From positions 77,128,001-77,192,000 of the forward strand of contig CM060732.1 in assembly GCA_030704615.1 (NCBI GenBank): a DNA stretch of 64,000 nt, given 5' to 3'. Position numbers and translations under genes: made by a program. This document shows, piece after piece, positions 24,511 through 35,642 of this stretch (positions are counted from its first letter, which is position 1; every line of letters begins with the position of its first letter). The DNA is from Takakia lepidozioides. Taxonomy: Eukaryota; Plantae; Bryophyta. Below the pieces are notes generated by a model. That model had not been told where the DNA came from. It worked only from the letters and a program-made list of their open reading frames with translations, and did no database searches.

Positions 24511-24680
24511 TAGGTGACTTCGGCAGAGTTTTGGCTAGGAGGCTTGCCATGCCATTGGAAACGCCACTGCAGTACATGATGGTTAAAAGCACCTACATTG
24601 GGCATTTGAACTTGGTTCGAAGCAGCAAAACAAGATGAGATGCAATGTTTTCTTCATTCTCGGCAACAGACATATCATGG
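24511..24680 (-). pseudogene. 5' part of the SWIM/MULE transposase (N-terminal exon)
   Basis: Reads VQMPNVGAFNHHVLQWRFQWHGKPPSQNSAEVT and joins in frame, through the duplicated CCTA, to YIPWNRVADF at 9154. Confidence 0.8.
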
Positions 24681-25354
24681 CGCAATTCAGGGACCTGAGG
24701 CACGGCTGGTACTGGCTGCACGAGCTTTCGTGGTCAGAACAGTTTGAGAGGACCATGAAAGGAAGGTGACGATTGGAGGTTGCCTCTCATTACACATACT
24801 TCCTGGTCTCATCCATCCGTACCTACATACATCCATCCTAAATCCTAGAAGTAGACCCAATCCATAAAATAATACTAAATTTGAAATTTGAAATTTGAAA
24901 TTTGAACCTGTACAACCTTGTGTATACATGCATATGTGAGGGCTTCACGCCTATGGTCATCATGTGACTTTCGTGATGGTCATCATGTTACTTTTGTGAC
25001 CATCATGTATGTGTCATCTGCCATGTATGGATCCATGTTTTCGACTCATGATGTGTCCCGCGCGCGATTTTGGGTTGTGGTGACAGGTGTCATGTGCCAC
25101 AGAGTTCATGTGGTGTGGTGACGGCCGGCGGGGCAGGGAGGGCGGGCGGGGAGGGGGATGGGGGGCGCGGGGGGGTGAGGGGTGGGGTGGCGCGGGGCGC
25201 AGTGACCGTGAGCCGCGCAGGAGCCGGCGAAGGGGGTGCGGCTGGGGTGGCGGGGGGTGCCACGCAGGCAGGACCGAAGGGGTCGCATTAAACTCCCGGG
25301 CCTTTTCTAGTGTGCGCAGAGGAAGATAAGCACATAATGTGCAGTCAAGTGGAC

Positions 25355-25516
25355 AACCAAGTTGTAGCCGAGTGGTAATGGGCCCATATGACCTTGGAAG
25401 TGGTTGTGGGTTCAATCCACCCTTGGTGTCACAAAGGTGTCCACCTTCCTGGTGGAAGGCAGTAACCCTCCTGGGTGAAGAGACACCATAATCTACGCTC
25501 CCTTGGGGAGGTGTCA
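25355..25516 (+). mobile_element. tRNA-derived SINE-like element
   Basis: Box A-like TAGCCGAGTGGTAA and box B-like GGTTCAATCC; an inverted related copy lies at 25838-25955. Confidence 0.55.
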
Positions 25517-25837
25517 AATATTAAATTTTAATTGCGGTTAAGTTCTTAAAAAGGTCAAATTTCTAAAAGTTACACCATTTTTCACTGTATGGGTCCTATT
25601 TAAAAAAAAAATCAAACTATGGCACTGGGCATTTTAAGGGGTACTATCCCAAATGGAGCCAGAATCGGCTCTTGTTATTTGGGTGTTCCTCCCCCAAATC
25701 CACTTTCTTTTCTTTATGGCTCTGTATCAGTTCGTTCCATCAATAGAAATCTGGAAAGCTAAGCGAGCTAGAAAGAAAAATTTACCATTTCTTTACAAAG
25801 GGGAAGGCCCTTGACTTTCTAATAAAGTAAAGTAAAT

Positions 25838-25955
25838 GACGCCTCCCCAAGGGAGCGTAACTTATGGTGTGGTGTGTCTTGACTCTTGACCCCAAAGGGC
25901 AACTTGGGAGGTGGTATGTGCCCATTACCACTGGGCTACAACTTGGTTAGTCGAC
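25838..25955 (-). mobile_element. Second, internally deleted copy of the same SINE-like element
   Basis: Reverse-complement matches to both ends of 25355-25516. Confidence 0.5.
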
Positions 25956-26959
25956 TTTCTAGTACGTTATGTACAGGAGGTGGTTTTTCTGCCATTTTTT
26001 CCCCTCCGTTACTTGCCAGAATGCGCAGAAGGTGGCAGAGTATTACAGTAGGTCGCAGAATGCTCGAGTACACCACTTTTCGGGCAGTTTCTCGAAACTG
26101 ACCAGAATGCGATGGAACCGTCACGAACGGTCTGGGGCCGCGCCCGTTCTGCCCACTGAGCTGGCCATGAATTGCCACAACATAAAAATTTGACGTCATA
26201 CGCGTGGCAATGGGCCGATATTTGCAGAACATGGCTCGCACGACAAACGTCTCGTACGATGGGCGGCACGCTCGTGCGGGAGGGACCAGCAGGTCGCAGC
26301 GTGAGGACCTCGTGGTTTTCTGTGCGCGGCCCACGTGGGGGCCATGTGTGACCCCGTACAAGGAAAAGCTGCGACGGAGTTTTTTCTATGGAAATGAAAT
26401 ACTCTCCTCGGTACTCGAATAGAATATACGAAAATTTATAAGTCTCTTATCCATGCATAAAAACAAAACCGAAAAACCGATAAACAAAAAAACAAAAAAA
26501 ACAATCATCCCGTAGATCAAAGGGAGAACTTTGATGGCTCTGACGGACTTTTCACTTCTTAAATTTGTGGCCATGTCAAGAGTATGTTTGCCCTACTCAT
26601 GGAATTTAAGATTGTCTTTCTTCGATGTCAAAAAAACAAAAACCAAAAAAAGCAAGCGGCTAGTCGTGGAATGGCTCCACCCTAATTACAAAACTGCCTC
26701 CCCTGTTTTTAAGAGAAAGGAAGAAAAAGAAAAAACTAAAATGCTATTGCTGGCAATCCTGGTTTTATTGAAATAAAAGTGATAAATATTTAAAACATAA
26801 AATCAAGACCGTCAGCACTAACAGTAATCCCTGAGGATAAAAATTAACAAATAAATGTGAAGTTTAAATCAAAATATTTTATGCTTTCACTCGATATAAA
26901 ATAATAATAATCAATTAAATCCAAGGAACAAATGCGAAAAGATGAAATTGAAGGTGGAA

Positions 26960-27185
26960 TTGGAGGGATAAATCTGAAGAGAACTGAATATAATGGAATT
27001 CAATGTGATAAATTGAAAGGAACTGAGTGTAATGGAAGTCATTTTGATAAAACTGAAAGACATACCTGAAGGGATAAATCTGAAGGGAATTGAATATAAT
27101 AGAACCGAAGGGATAAATCTGAAGGGAATTGAATATGAGAGAACTAAAGGGATAAATCTGAAAGGAAGTGAATATAATGAAATTA
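26960..27185 (+). repeat. 39-bp minisatellite (GAAGGGATAAATCTGAAGGGAATTGAATAT...)
   Basis: Three consecutive units at 27068, 27107 and 27146, plus a degenerate one at ~26964. Confidence 0.75.
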
Positions 27186-28165
27186 TATCACTCACCAAGA
27201 TATAGAACAATAGATGGATGAGAATCTAGAGTATATTAGGGAAGGTGTGATCTTGATAGCTAGGTATTAACTCAAGAAGGCACATCAAGATAAAACAATC
27301 CATGTGTGGGATTTTATTGGCTCCTTAGGGAGGAGCCAATAAAATACAAAACCAGTCCTGTTTATTGAAGCCGAATGTTTCTCATTGAAGGCAATGAATC
27401 AGCTACCACACTATAGCAGAAGCCCAGCGGCGAAAAAAGTTCGGTAAGAGAGGTAGGAGAGACCAGCTTCGCGATGGCGGGAGAATCAAGTGTCTTCCTA
27501 AAATTATGGATTTCCAGGGGACACTCCTTGGAAATCCGTATTTCATGGTAATGTGATATGTAGGCACCATGTCAACGCCTCTCCGCGGAAGGCAGCCGCT
27601 AGTGTGGTAGGCAGAGTGGCACACTGCCCTCCCTTAAACCAATAGGAGAGTCCGAAATTGAGTGCAGCTGCCCCTCTTGCCGACCCTAAGAGCCACTTTG
27701 CTTTGCGGCTACTACCCTTGTGGGCCCTTAACCAAGATAACCAAATGGTAGGAACTACAGGGAACTAAGATTAGAGGAAGGCTTCATTATTTCCTCGTTT
27801 TTGCCAATTTTCTGTAATTGGTATCCTTTGTGTTACTGGACAGTCATTTGTCTACTCTACTGACCGTATGAACGTATGATCTACATCCTGTTTCAATATT
27901 TCATCTATATTTAGCGGATGGTATATTCCATGCACACCTGTCTTGATCTAATTTGTTTGTTAATCTATATAGTCCAGAACCCTTTTTGCGTGGTCCTGCC
28001 TAGGGGGGCGGGCAGGGCCAATAAAAATCACAGTAGGTATTTGTGCAATACTATGTCATCATCCAATATTTGAATTCCTGACATTTCCGCTTCGTTCGTA
28101 AGCAAATCTGTTGAGTAGACTGTGGAGCAGCGGATCCGTGTGCAGGGAAGGACTCTTAGGAGGTG

Positions 28166-28218
28166 AGAAGAGAGAGAGAGAGGGAGGGAGGGAGGGAGGG
28201 AGGGAGGGAGGGAGGGAG
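28166..28218 (+). repeat. (GA)n/(GGGA)n microsatellite in the SUT 5' leader
   Basis: Directly visible. Confidence 0.85.
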
Positions 28219-29825
28219 ATGGGGTGGGAGGGGGGGAGAGGAGGTCCAACAAAGGGAAGAATCGAGTGCCGTTGAGGGCGCTAGCGCAGGTGGCGTCGGT
28301 GGCGGCGGGAGTGCAGTTTGGGTGGGCGTTGCAACTGTCGCTGCTGACGCCGTACGTGCAGGAGTTGGGAATTCCGCATGCGTGGGCGAGTTTGATATGG
28401 CTGTGCGGGCCGATCTCGGGCATGTTCGTGCAGCCCGTTGTGGGGCATTACAGCGATCGCTGCACCAGTGTGTGGGGCAGGCGGCGGCCGTTCATAGTTG
28501 TGGGGGGCCTGCTTGTAATTGTTGCTGTGTTCGTCATTGGGTATGCTGCCGATCTGGGCTACTTGTTGGGGGATTCGCTTGGGGCCAGACCGCGCGCAAT
28601 TGCGATTTTTGTTCTGGGATTCTGGCTCTTGGACTTGGCTAACAATACGTTGCAGGCTCCCTGCCGAGCTCTGTTGGCAGACTTCACTGGGAAGGACTTA
28701 CGGCGAACTCGAATAGCAAATGCATACTTTACTCTCTTCATGGCTGTAGGCAATGTCCTGGGGTACGCTACGGGGGCCTTCGGTGGCTGGTACAAAGTCT
28801 TCCCCTTCACCTATACGACAGCATGTGATGTTGCATGTGCCAATCTTAAATCTGCATTCCTCCTTGCCATCATCATGCTGGTGGTTACGACTCTTGTGAG
28901 CTTAACAGCAGCCTCGGAAATTCCATGGGATCCAGTCGCCAGCAAGCATGTGGTCACGAATTCTACCACCCCGTTACTCTCCGAAAAGCTCACCGACCCA
29001 GAGGCTGCAAAGAGTGCTGCAAGTTTGTCGGGAGGTAGTGAGAATGGGGAGGACGTGGAGGAGCAGGAATCGGAGGCGTTGTTCTGGGATTTGATTCAAG
29101 CACTGAAGAACCTCCCACGGCCCATGTGGTATATCATGCTTGTAACTGCACTCACTTGGATAGCCACGTTCCCATTTTTTCTCTTTGATACTGATTGGAT
29201 GGGACGTGAGGTTTACCGGGGCGAACCGTCTTCCTCAGACCCGCTTGTCTCGAAGCTCTACGCAGATGGTGTTCACATGGGTTCCCTCGGTCTCATGCTC
29301 AATTCTCTAGTGCTTGGACTGTCATCCCTCTCAATTGAGTATCTCTGCCGGAAATTGGGTTCCAGCTATGTGTGGGGCCTGGCTAACTTGGTACTGGCAG
29401 CTTGTTTTTCGGCGACTGCGCTCATCACAGCAGCAGCAAAACGATCAACCTTTGGGCCTACAGGGCCACCTCCGGCTGTCACGATTTCATGTCTGGTCCT
29501 TTTTGCAGTCCTTGGAGCACCACTTGCAGTGGCGTACAGTGTGCCTCATGCATTGACAGCAACTTTCACAAATAAAATTGGTGGTGGTCAAGGTTTGTCG
29601 ATGGCTGTGTTGAATCTCGCTATAGTTGTGCCACAGGTGTTGGTCTCTGTGGGGGGTGGTCCCTGGGACGAGCTTTTCGGGGGTGGAAATTTGCCTGGGT
29701 TTTTGCTTGGAGCTGTCGTTGCACTTCTTGGTGGCGTCGTAGCAGTACTCATACTCCCGAGACCGGCTCCAGATTTCCTCGCTGGCACAAAACTTCGCCA
29801 AGGCCGGGGTTCTCCCATCCCCTGA
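28219..29825 (+). CDS. SUT4: Sucrose/H+ symporter, type III (SUT4-like), single exon
   Basis: ASVAAGVQFGWALQLSLLTPYVQELGIPHAWASLIWLCGP...VQP.VGHYSDRC...GRRRPFI, LDLANNTLQAPCRALLAD, FDTDWMGREVY, GQGLSMAVLNLAIVVPQ, GPWDELFGGGNLP. The ATG at 28219 is one base out of frame across a G-run. Confidence 0.95.
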
Positions 29826-30654
29826 AGTTCTGTGATGAATCGCCGCCTAACTGCAGTAAAATTCATATCGCCTCTAATGCACTCAGAGGGACGTCCCTTG
29901 GGGTTCTCATTACTGGTAGACTTTTGAAACATTTCACAAGGCCAGGGTGTGAGGGCACAGTCATGAATCACAGGTTCATAGTTCTGTGAGTATAGATCCA
30001 GATTTTTATGGCTATATATATTGAACCTGCGTGAATGTCTTATGCACAGGGCTGGCTGGCCCTCCAGCTCAGTCCATTATATTCCCATCCAGCATGCACT
30101 AGCTCGATTTCGAACAACAGGTTGTGTAGTATCTCACGGGACTTGGAAGACTGGTGCCCATGGTGACATGATCAGCTGGTTTGAGCAGTTGGATGTGAGG
30201 TTAGTGGAAATTCTCAGAGAGATCAAATGTATGGAAGTGCTCAAGGCTTCTGCCAGAGTGTGGTACGTACAATTATGATAAAGGCATGTGTGCACTGCGC
30301 TCGCACTGCGATGTGCTTCCCTCCTGCTTTGGTTGTTCGCATGAACTTTTCAGTTGAATCCCACAGGTTTCCCCGTTGGCTCTCAAGCTAGTTCAAGGAG
30401 CTTTATGCCGCGCGAGGGCTGGTTGCAGCAATTAAGGAAGGTGTCTGTTTTGATCTCAGACTCTCAAGAGAACTTCTAAATGTTGCTATATGTGTGAAGT
30501 CTCTTAGTGCCCTTCCAGTGCACCCTCATCCGTAACTCCAAAAGATATGCTAGGCCTGCAGAGCATCAGTTTCCCAAATGAAAAATCCCGCACTGGGGTT
30601 TTCCAGACAGTACAGGTGATGATTTTCATCCTCAGTGCTGAATGATATAAGATT

Positions 30655-31375
30655 GTACTCATAAGACGTTGTTTGCTGTAGCCTTGTGGCCATTGACCCC
30701 GCGCCCAGTTTGAGCGGGAACAAAAGGGACAGAACCTACCTCTGTCAGGGGCTGACGTTGGTTAGTAAGACTTACCTTCATATATAGAATTAATCCGGGT
30801 TTCCAGATATCCTCTAGAAATCCTTTCACACAAGCATCAATCTGCTGTGTGTGATTTGCCCAAAAACTAGGCCTCAGGAGGGCATGGGCTTTTGGCTCAG
30901 CCTCGAGACTTTCAAAGTTGGTAAACAGGGGTACAGGCACAATTCCCTTGATAGATTTGAAGAGAGCGTCTCTTTGGTGAGAGAACCCCGGATAGTGTAT
31001 CAGAAAATGAATACTGTCTTCAGATTGCCCACACAACGGGAAATTGCACTCTCCCTTCCCTCTATGCTTCTGTTTGCTGTTCAAAGGTAGGCTTCCTGCC
31101 CTGAGTTTAAATTTCAGTCTAGTGCCGAGAGTGGGTAGACCCTTGAGGTCATCCAAGATGTCCTCCCTCATGTCACTGACTGGAAACAAGTTCAGGGAAG
31201 TTTTCTGCCTAACTTCATTTTCATCAGACAATCTCATGGCAACAGACATGGCTTTGGACACTACAGCCTCTAAGTCAGATTTATCCAGCAGGGTCAAGAC
31301 TTGCGGATCCAGGTCCATGTCCTTGAGAATATAAGAAACAGCCCCTATCATAGGATCATTGGCAACATAATCCCC
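30655..31375 (-). mobile_element. 5'-truncated non-LTR retrotransposon (LINE) 3' fragment
   Basis: LKFKLRAGSLPLN...C..C...ED..HFLI.C zinc-finger region. Shares its 3' end (…CCACAAGGCTAC.GCAAACAAC.TCTTATGAGTACA) with the copy at 62855+. Confidence 0.8.
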
Positions 31376-32444
31376 TAGCTTAGATCAGCATTCTCACCTG
31401 GACCACTCATCAAACATTGAGCCAGCTGTCTAACTCAAAACAAGTTCCCAACTACAGTGGAGGAAAAGACTTAGAAGTGTCTACAATCCATAACACGGGC
31501 ATTCATGAAGTAAACCAGCTGGCCCTACAATTGTACCCATTTCAATGCAGTGCATACATCTGAGGCATACATGATGGAAAGAGCAACGCAAGGCCGTCCC
31601 AACTTACAGCCTCGTGCGATTCCATAATAGATCTCAGATTCAGGTACATGGCATTCCCTCAATCGATCACACTCTCATAGCAACAAACAGCCATCATATT
31701 AAGACGTGCGCACAGACTTGCGAGAAACCTCAAAAGGAGGTCTTTAGTACCCATGGATTATTCTGCTAATTCTGTTCTAGTACATGGAACCCCAAGTACT
31801 TTGTTAGCATTATTGCAGTGTGGATATTTTCTGATCTTCATGATGGAGGGACCTGGGAATGCTGGCTCACAATTCAGGCTTTTCTGAATGAACGGGCCAT
31901 CCCTTGATGAGCTTAGGGCATCATTTGCAAGCTACCAACTGGTTATTAAATTTGATCCATATCCGTCGTGAGGGCGAATCCGAGAACTTTAGTTCTCGGT
32001 TTTGAACAAATTATTTCTAACAAGGGGCTGGTGTCATGAATTTTGCACTCGAGCCACTGTATATAAATCCTAACAGAGCCCACCTGACATGGGCCAGATA
32101 CCTGCAAGAGGAAGTAGGCTAGCTTGGGCTCTACAAATCCTAAATTCTTCTGAGCTGATGATCTCGGGGATCATGGTGATGTGGAAGCACTCAGCACAGC
32201 GACTGAAGCCTTGAATTAAGTTGACCGCTGATCATATGAATGTCGTCTTGCTGGGAGCAAAGTGTACCTCGGCCCTCAGCAGCGAGCTCGTGAATGCAAA
32301 GGGTTGTTGGATGCACCATGTGAGTACTCATGGGAGGTAAGGCCCATGGAGACCACCATAAGTTTTCACAAAGTTTTAATTCTTCCCCTGAGCTTCGTTT
32401 TTGCAAAGACAATTGGAGATGGATTGCAAGTCTTCGTCGCTTGT

Positions 32445-35400
32445 CTAGGCGTTAAGAGGTGTGGACAGCCACTTCCAAACTGGGGAAAGTTGTTCGTAGC
32501 TCTCGTCGTAGCTCCTTAGTTGGTCTCTCTCAACGTTGTCTTTCATCACTTGGATCATGTCCAGTTTGTTTCTCTCGGCGTTGTCTTTGAGCAGTTGGAT
32601 CATGTCTGATCTGAATTCTCGAGTCAGCCTTGCGATCAGTTCTTCGGTGAGTAGATCCACATCAGGGACCGGACGGACCACTGTCGCTTGCAGTTCCACC
32701 TGGACCATTTCCAACCGACTGTTTAGTTGTGACGTTCGAATGGAATATTTATGTGATCGCTTCTAACTGAGAGCTGGATCCATCCACCGAGCACAACTAT
32801 GGTGTACCTAAATACACTGTGCTACATCAATTAGGGACCACGACATTGCTGCCGGCCCCGTAAGCTACTAGCTTGTGCGGACTGCAATCTGCGGCTCCTC
32901 CATTCTCCTTGCCACCCGCTGTTGATTAAGACTCGCTCATCAAGAGTCTCAGACATGATTCAAGATCATGATTGGCTCTACATGATTGCTGACACCGCCT
33001 GATCCAAGGCCAGCAGGAAACTAATGCTTCATGACACAACTAATCTGCGAGTGTGTTCGCAAATGGATGATCGGTGAGATCAGGGAACTTTTAAATCTAA
33101 CTGTACTTCCTGGGAAGAAATCATACTGGATGGATAAGACCACCCTTGGCCGCAAGAAGTTTGGCGACCTCCCAATATCCATATCTCTGCGCATCTGCCA
33201 ATGGCTGCACATGCCAACACGTATATACACGCAGTTTAGCTTCTCTCTAATCATCCCCAACTGACTTTGGATTGTGAATTGTGAAAAAGACTCTCTACAG
33301 AACATACACATGATCTGTAGAAATATAAAAGAACGCATGTTGCAAATACGCATCAGATACAAAAAGGATTCATACATTAAATCGTTGAGATACACCGTCC
33401 TCAAACTTTCAAAGCTGAAGTCCAAATTGTATACCGTGCTCCTGGAGTGGATACTCACAGTGCTCATCCTGCGATCTACTGGATTGACTTCGCACTTCTC
33501 AGTGGCGAGCAGCAGCTGCACAATGGGGAGGTGGTTTTCACAAGCTGCCAGGTGAAGCGCAGTTCGTTGGTCGTAGTCTTTGCAATTCACGTCCACGCCG
33601 TTATCGACCATCCACCGCACCTCGTCGATGTTACCTCTACTCGCCCAGTACAGCAAAGGGGCCGTTTCTGCCTGAAGTTTGAGAAGATTCTCCCTGTCTT
33701 TCCTCACTCTGCCTCGAGAGACTCCAATCTGGAGGTAACAGAGCCATAGGGAGAGATGGTTAAACCGAAAATGTATGTCTCGAGAGCATGAAAGATCATG
33801 TAGCTGAGAACAGTATTAAAGCTACAGCTAATCACGTGTACATAGAAGCAGGCCTGGAACAAATACAATCCATCAGCTTGTCAAGCCTTCCAGTAGTCTC
33901 TCCACGATTATAACTAGTCGCCTGCATGACACTGAGCATGAGACTTGAATATATACCCTCATGGTTGGATAGTAATAAAGACCAACTTCTAGCATATCTG
34001 CCCGTTCTAGCTCAGCTAGTGGCCGTACATATCTTCTGGAGCAACCTGACTTTTCTGTAGACAAGCTTACGATTCCGTTTGAGTTCTTAGTGTAACGAAA
34101 CTGAAGTCTAGGGCCTCATCAACCGCTGATCAAGTGTCTATGGCGTGAAGTACATACCTTCCCAACAAACCCGCTCAACGGAGTAGCGTCGAATGTATAT
34201 TGTGGTGGGGCTGGTTCTCCGTCACCCTAGAAAGGCAACAGAAATGAACTTCCACTGCTAAGCTTTTTTTATCATACACAATGTTATAGGCACCTGAAAA
34301 TTTTAGCAATGTTCAGTAACTGATGATAACATTGCAAGAGGACTATCCAGAACTTTGAACCGAGTGGGTTCCACTCAGCATATGACAACCAAGTCCTGTA
34401 TAAACAGACAACAACGTGTAATGCATTCACAGATCAGTGAGTTAATCCTGTTAGGCGTCAAGAGAGATTGTCAAGCTGTCGAGGGGAAAGTGAAATACCC
34501 AGGTTCTGCCACCTCCTGCCTTAAGAATTTTACAGATCTCGGCATAATCCAACCGGTATGCATCTCCGAGAGGCTGCAGTCGTACCAGCATTAAGGATTG
34601 ATCAGTACAAGAGCATATATATAACCTTATGTTTGTAACCAAACAGCTTAACCTGAAATGGGAAACAAGTTTGTTGAGTGGCCTAAGAGAAATAGCCTTC
34701 TCGAGACTCTGTACATATGTCTCCCTTAACTTCTAACACTGCAATAGGCTAAGACCAGATCCTCCCTGAGAACTTAATCTTGCACCTACACGTCTAGATT
34801 TTATCTCTACCCATCTAGAAAGCACTTTATATCTCCTCAAATGAAACGAAACCGTGTCACAAAACTGAAAGAAGGAAGCAGCTCACTGTGAATCCCCAGC
34901 GATCCATCGGACTGTGATAAGCGCCCTTTTCCAGCAGCAACTTCACCACATTGGCGTGGCCCTCACTAGCGGCCAGATGAAGAGCTGAGCGGTCATCGTA
35001 GTCCACGGCGTCCACAGGCATGCCCTCGTCAATCATTCCGCCCACTCCTACTACGTTCCCCTCACTGGCGAAGTGTAGGAACCTTGCCACTCTTCCCAAC
35101 TCCATTTCGGTCTGGTCATTCGATTCTTCTGGTTGATCGTGATCCATCTTCTGTGGTACGTACAAAGTAGATGTCAAATTAACGATTCAAGACATCTGTT
35201 AGTAAGCTTTGTAGATTCTAACTGATGTACATACATCCTTAAGGAACAAAAGCCTCTCAACTCCAGAAATTATTACAGATGTCCTCTTACTCAAGTACAT
35301 ATCGCAGGGGGCGAAGTGTAATCTTAACAGGAATCTGCAGTCATCTACGTGCGGTAGAAGATTGTCGACACTTAAGAAGTGAAGACTGTCTAAAAATGGA

Positions 35401-35642
35401 GTTCCTTTCTCAGATCAATTACGTATGTTTAGCTCAATATCCAGATCTCTTGAACGTTGATTGTCAAAGAAGGGAGCCATGATACATGCAAGAGCCGAGC
35501 CTCTAAGCTTACTAGTGATCTGTCGACCATGTGATAGGTTTTCTTCACGACGAGCAACACGTGATCTGCTGAAGTAATGATCCAAAGGAAGCAGTACTTC
35601 TAGCATGGCTTCTCTGGTCCGTTCATTTTCTGTGAATCCCAC
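32445..35642 (-). CDS. Multi-exon ankyrin-repeat protein with two ILK/VIK-type ANK modules and a coiled-coil tail; no kinase domain seen
   Basis: Exons ~35160-34887 (DYDDRSALHLAASEGH...DRWGFT|), ~34575-34500 (PLGDA...GG), ~33720-33460 (DYDQRTALHLAACENH...DRRMST|) and ~33205-33127 (PLADA...GG). Terminal exons are uncertain. Confidence 0.75.

Noticed and set aside
25355-25440. Functional tRNA genes (also 60103-60175 and 57750-57790)
   Set aside because: Only box A/B-like or T-arm remnants are present, with no complete cloverleaf; treated as SINE-derived.
25014-25517. Pro-rich and Gly-rich ORFs
   Set aside because: By-products of the G-rich tract, with no domain signal.
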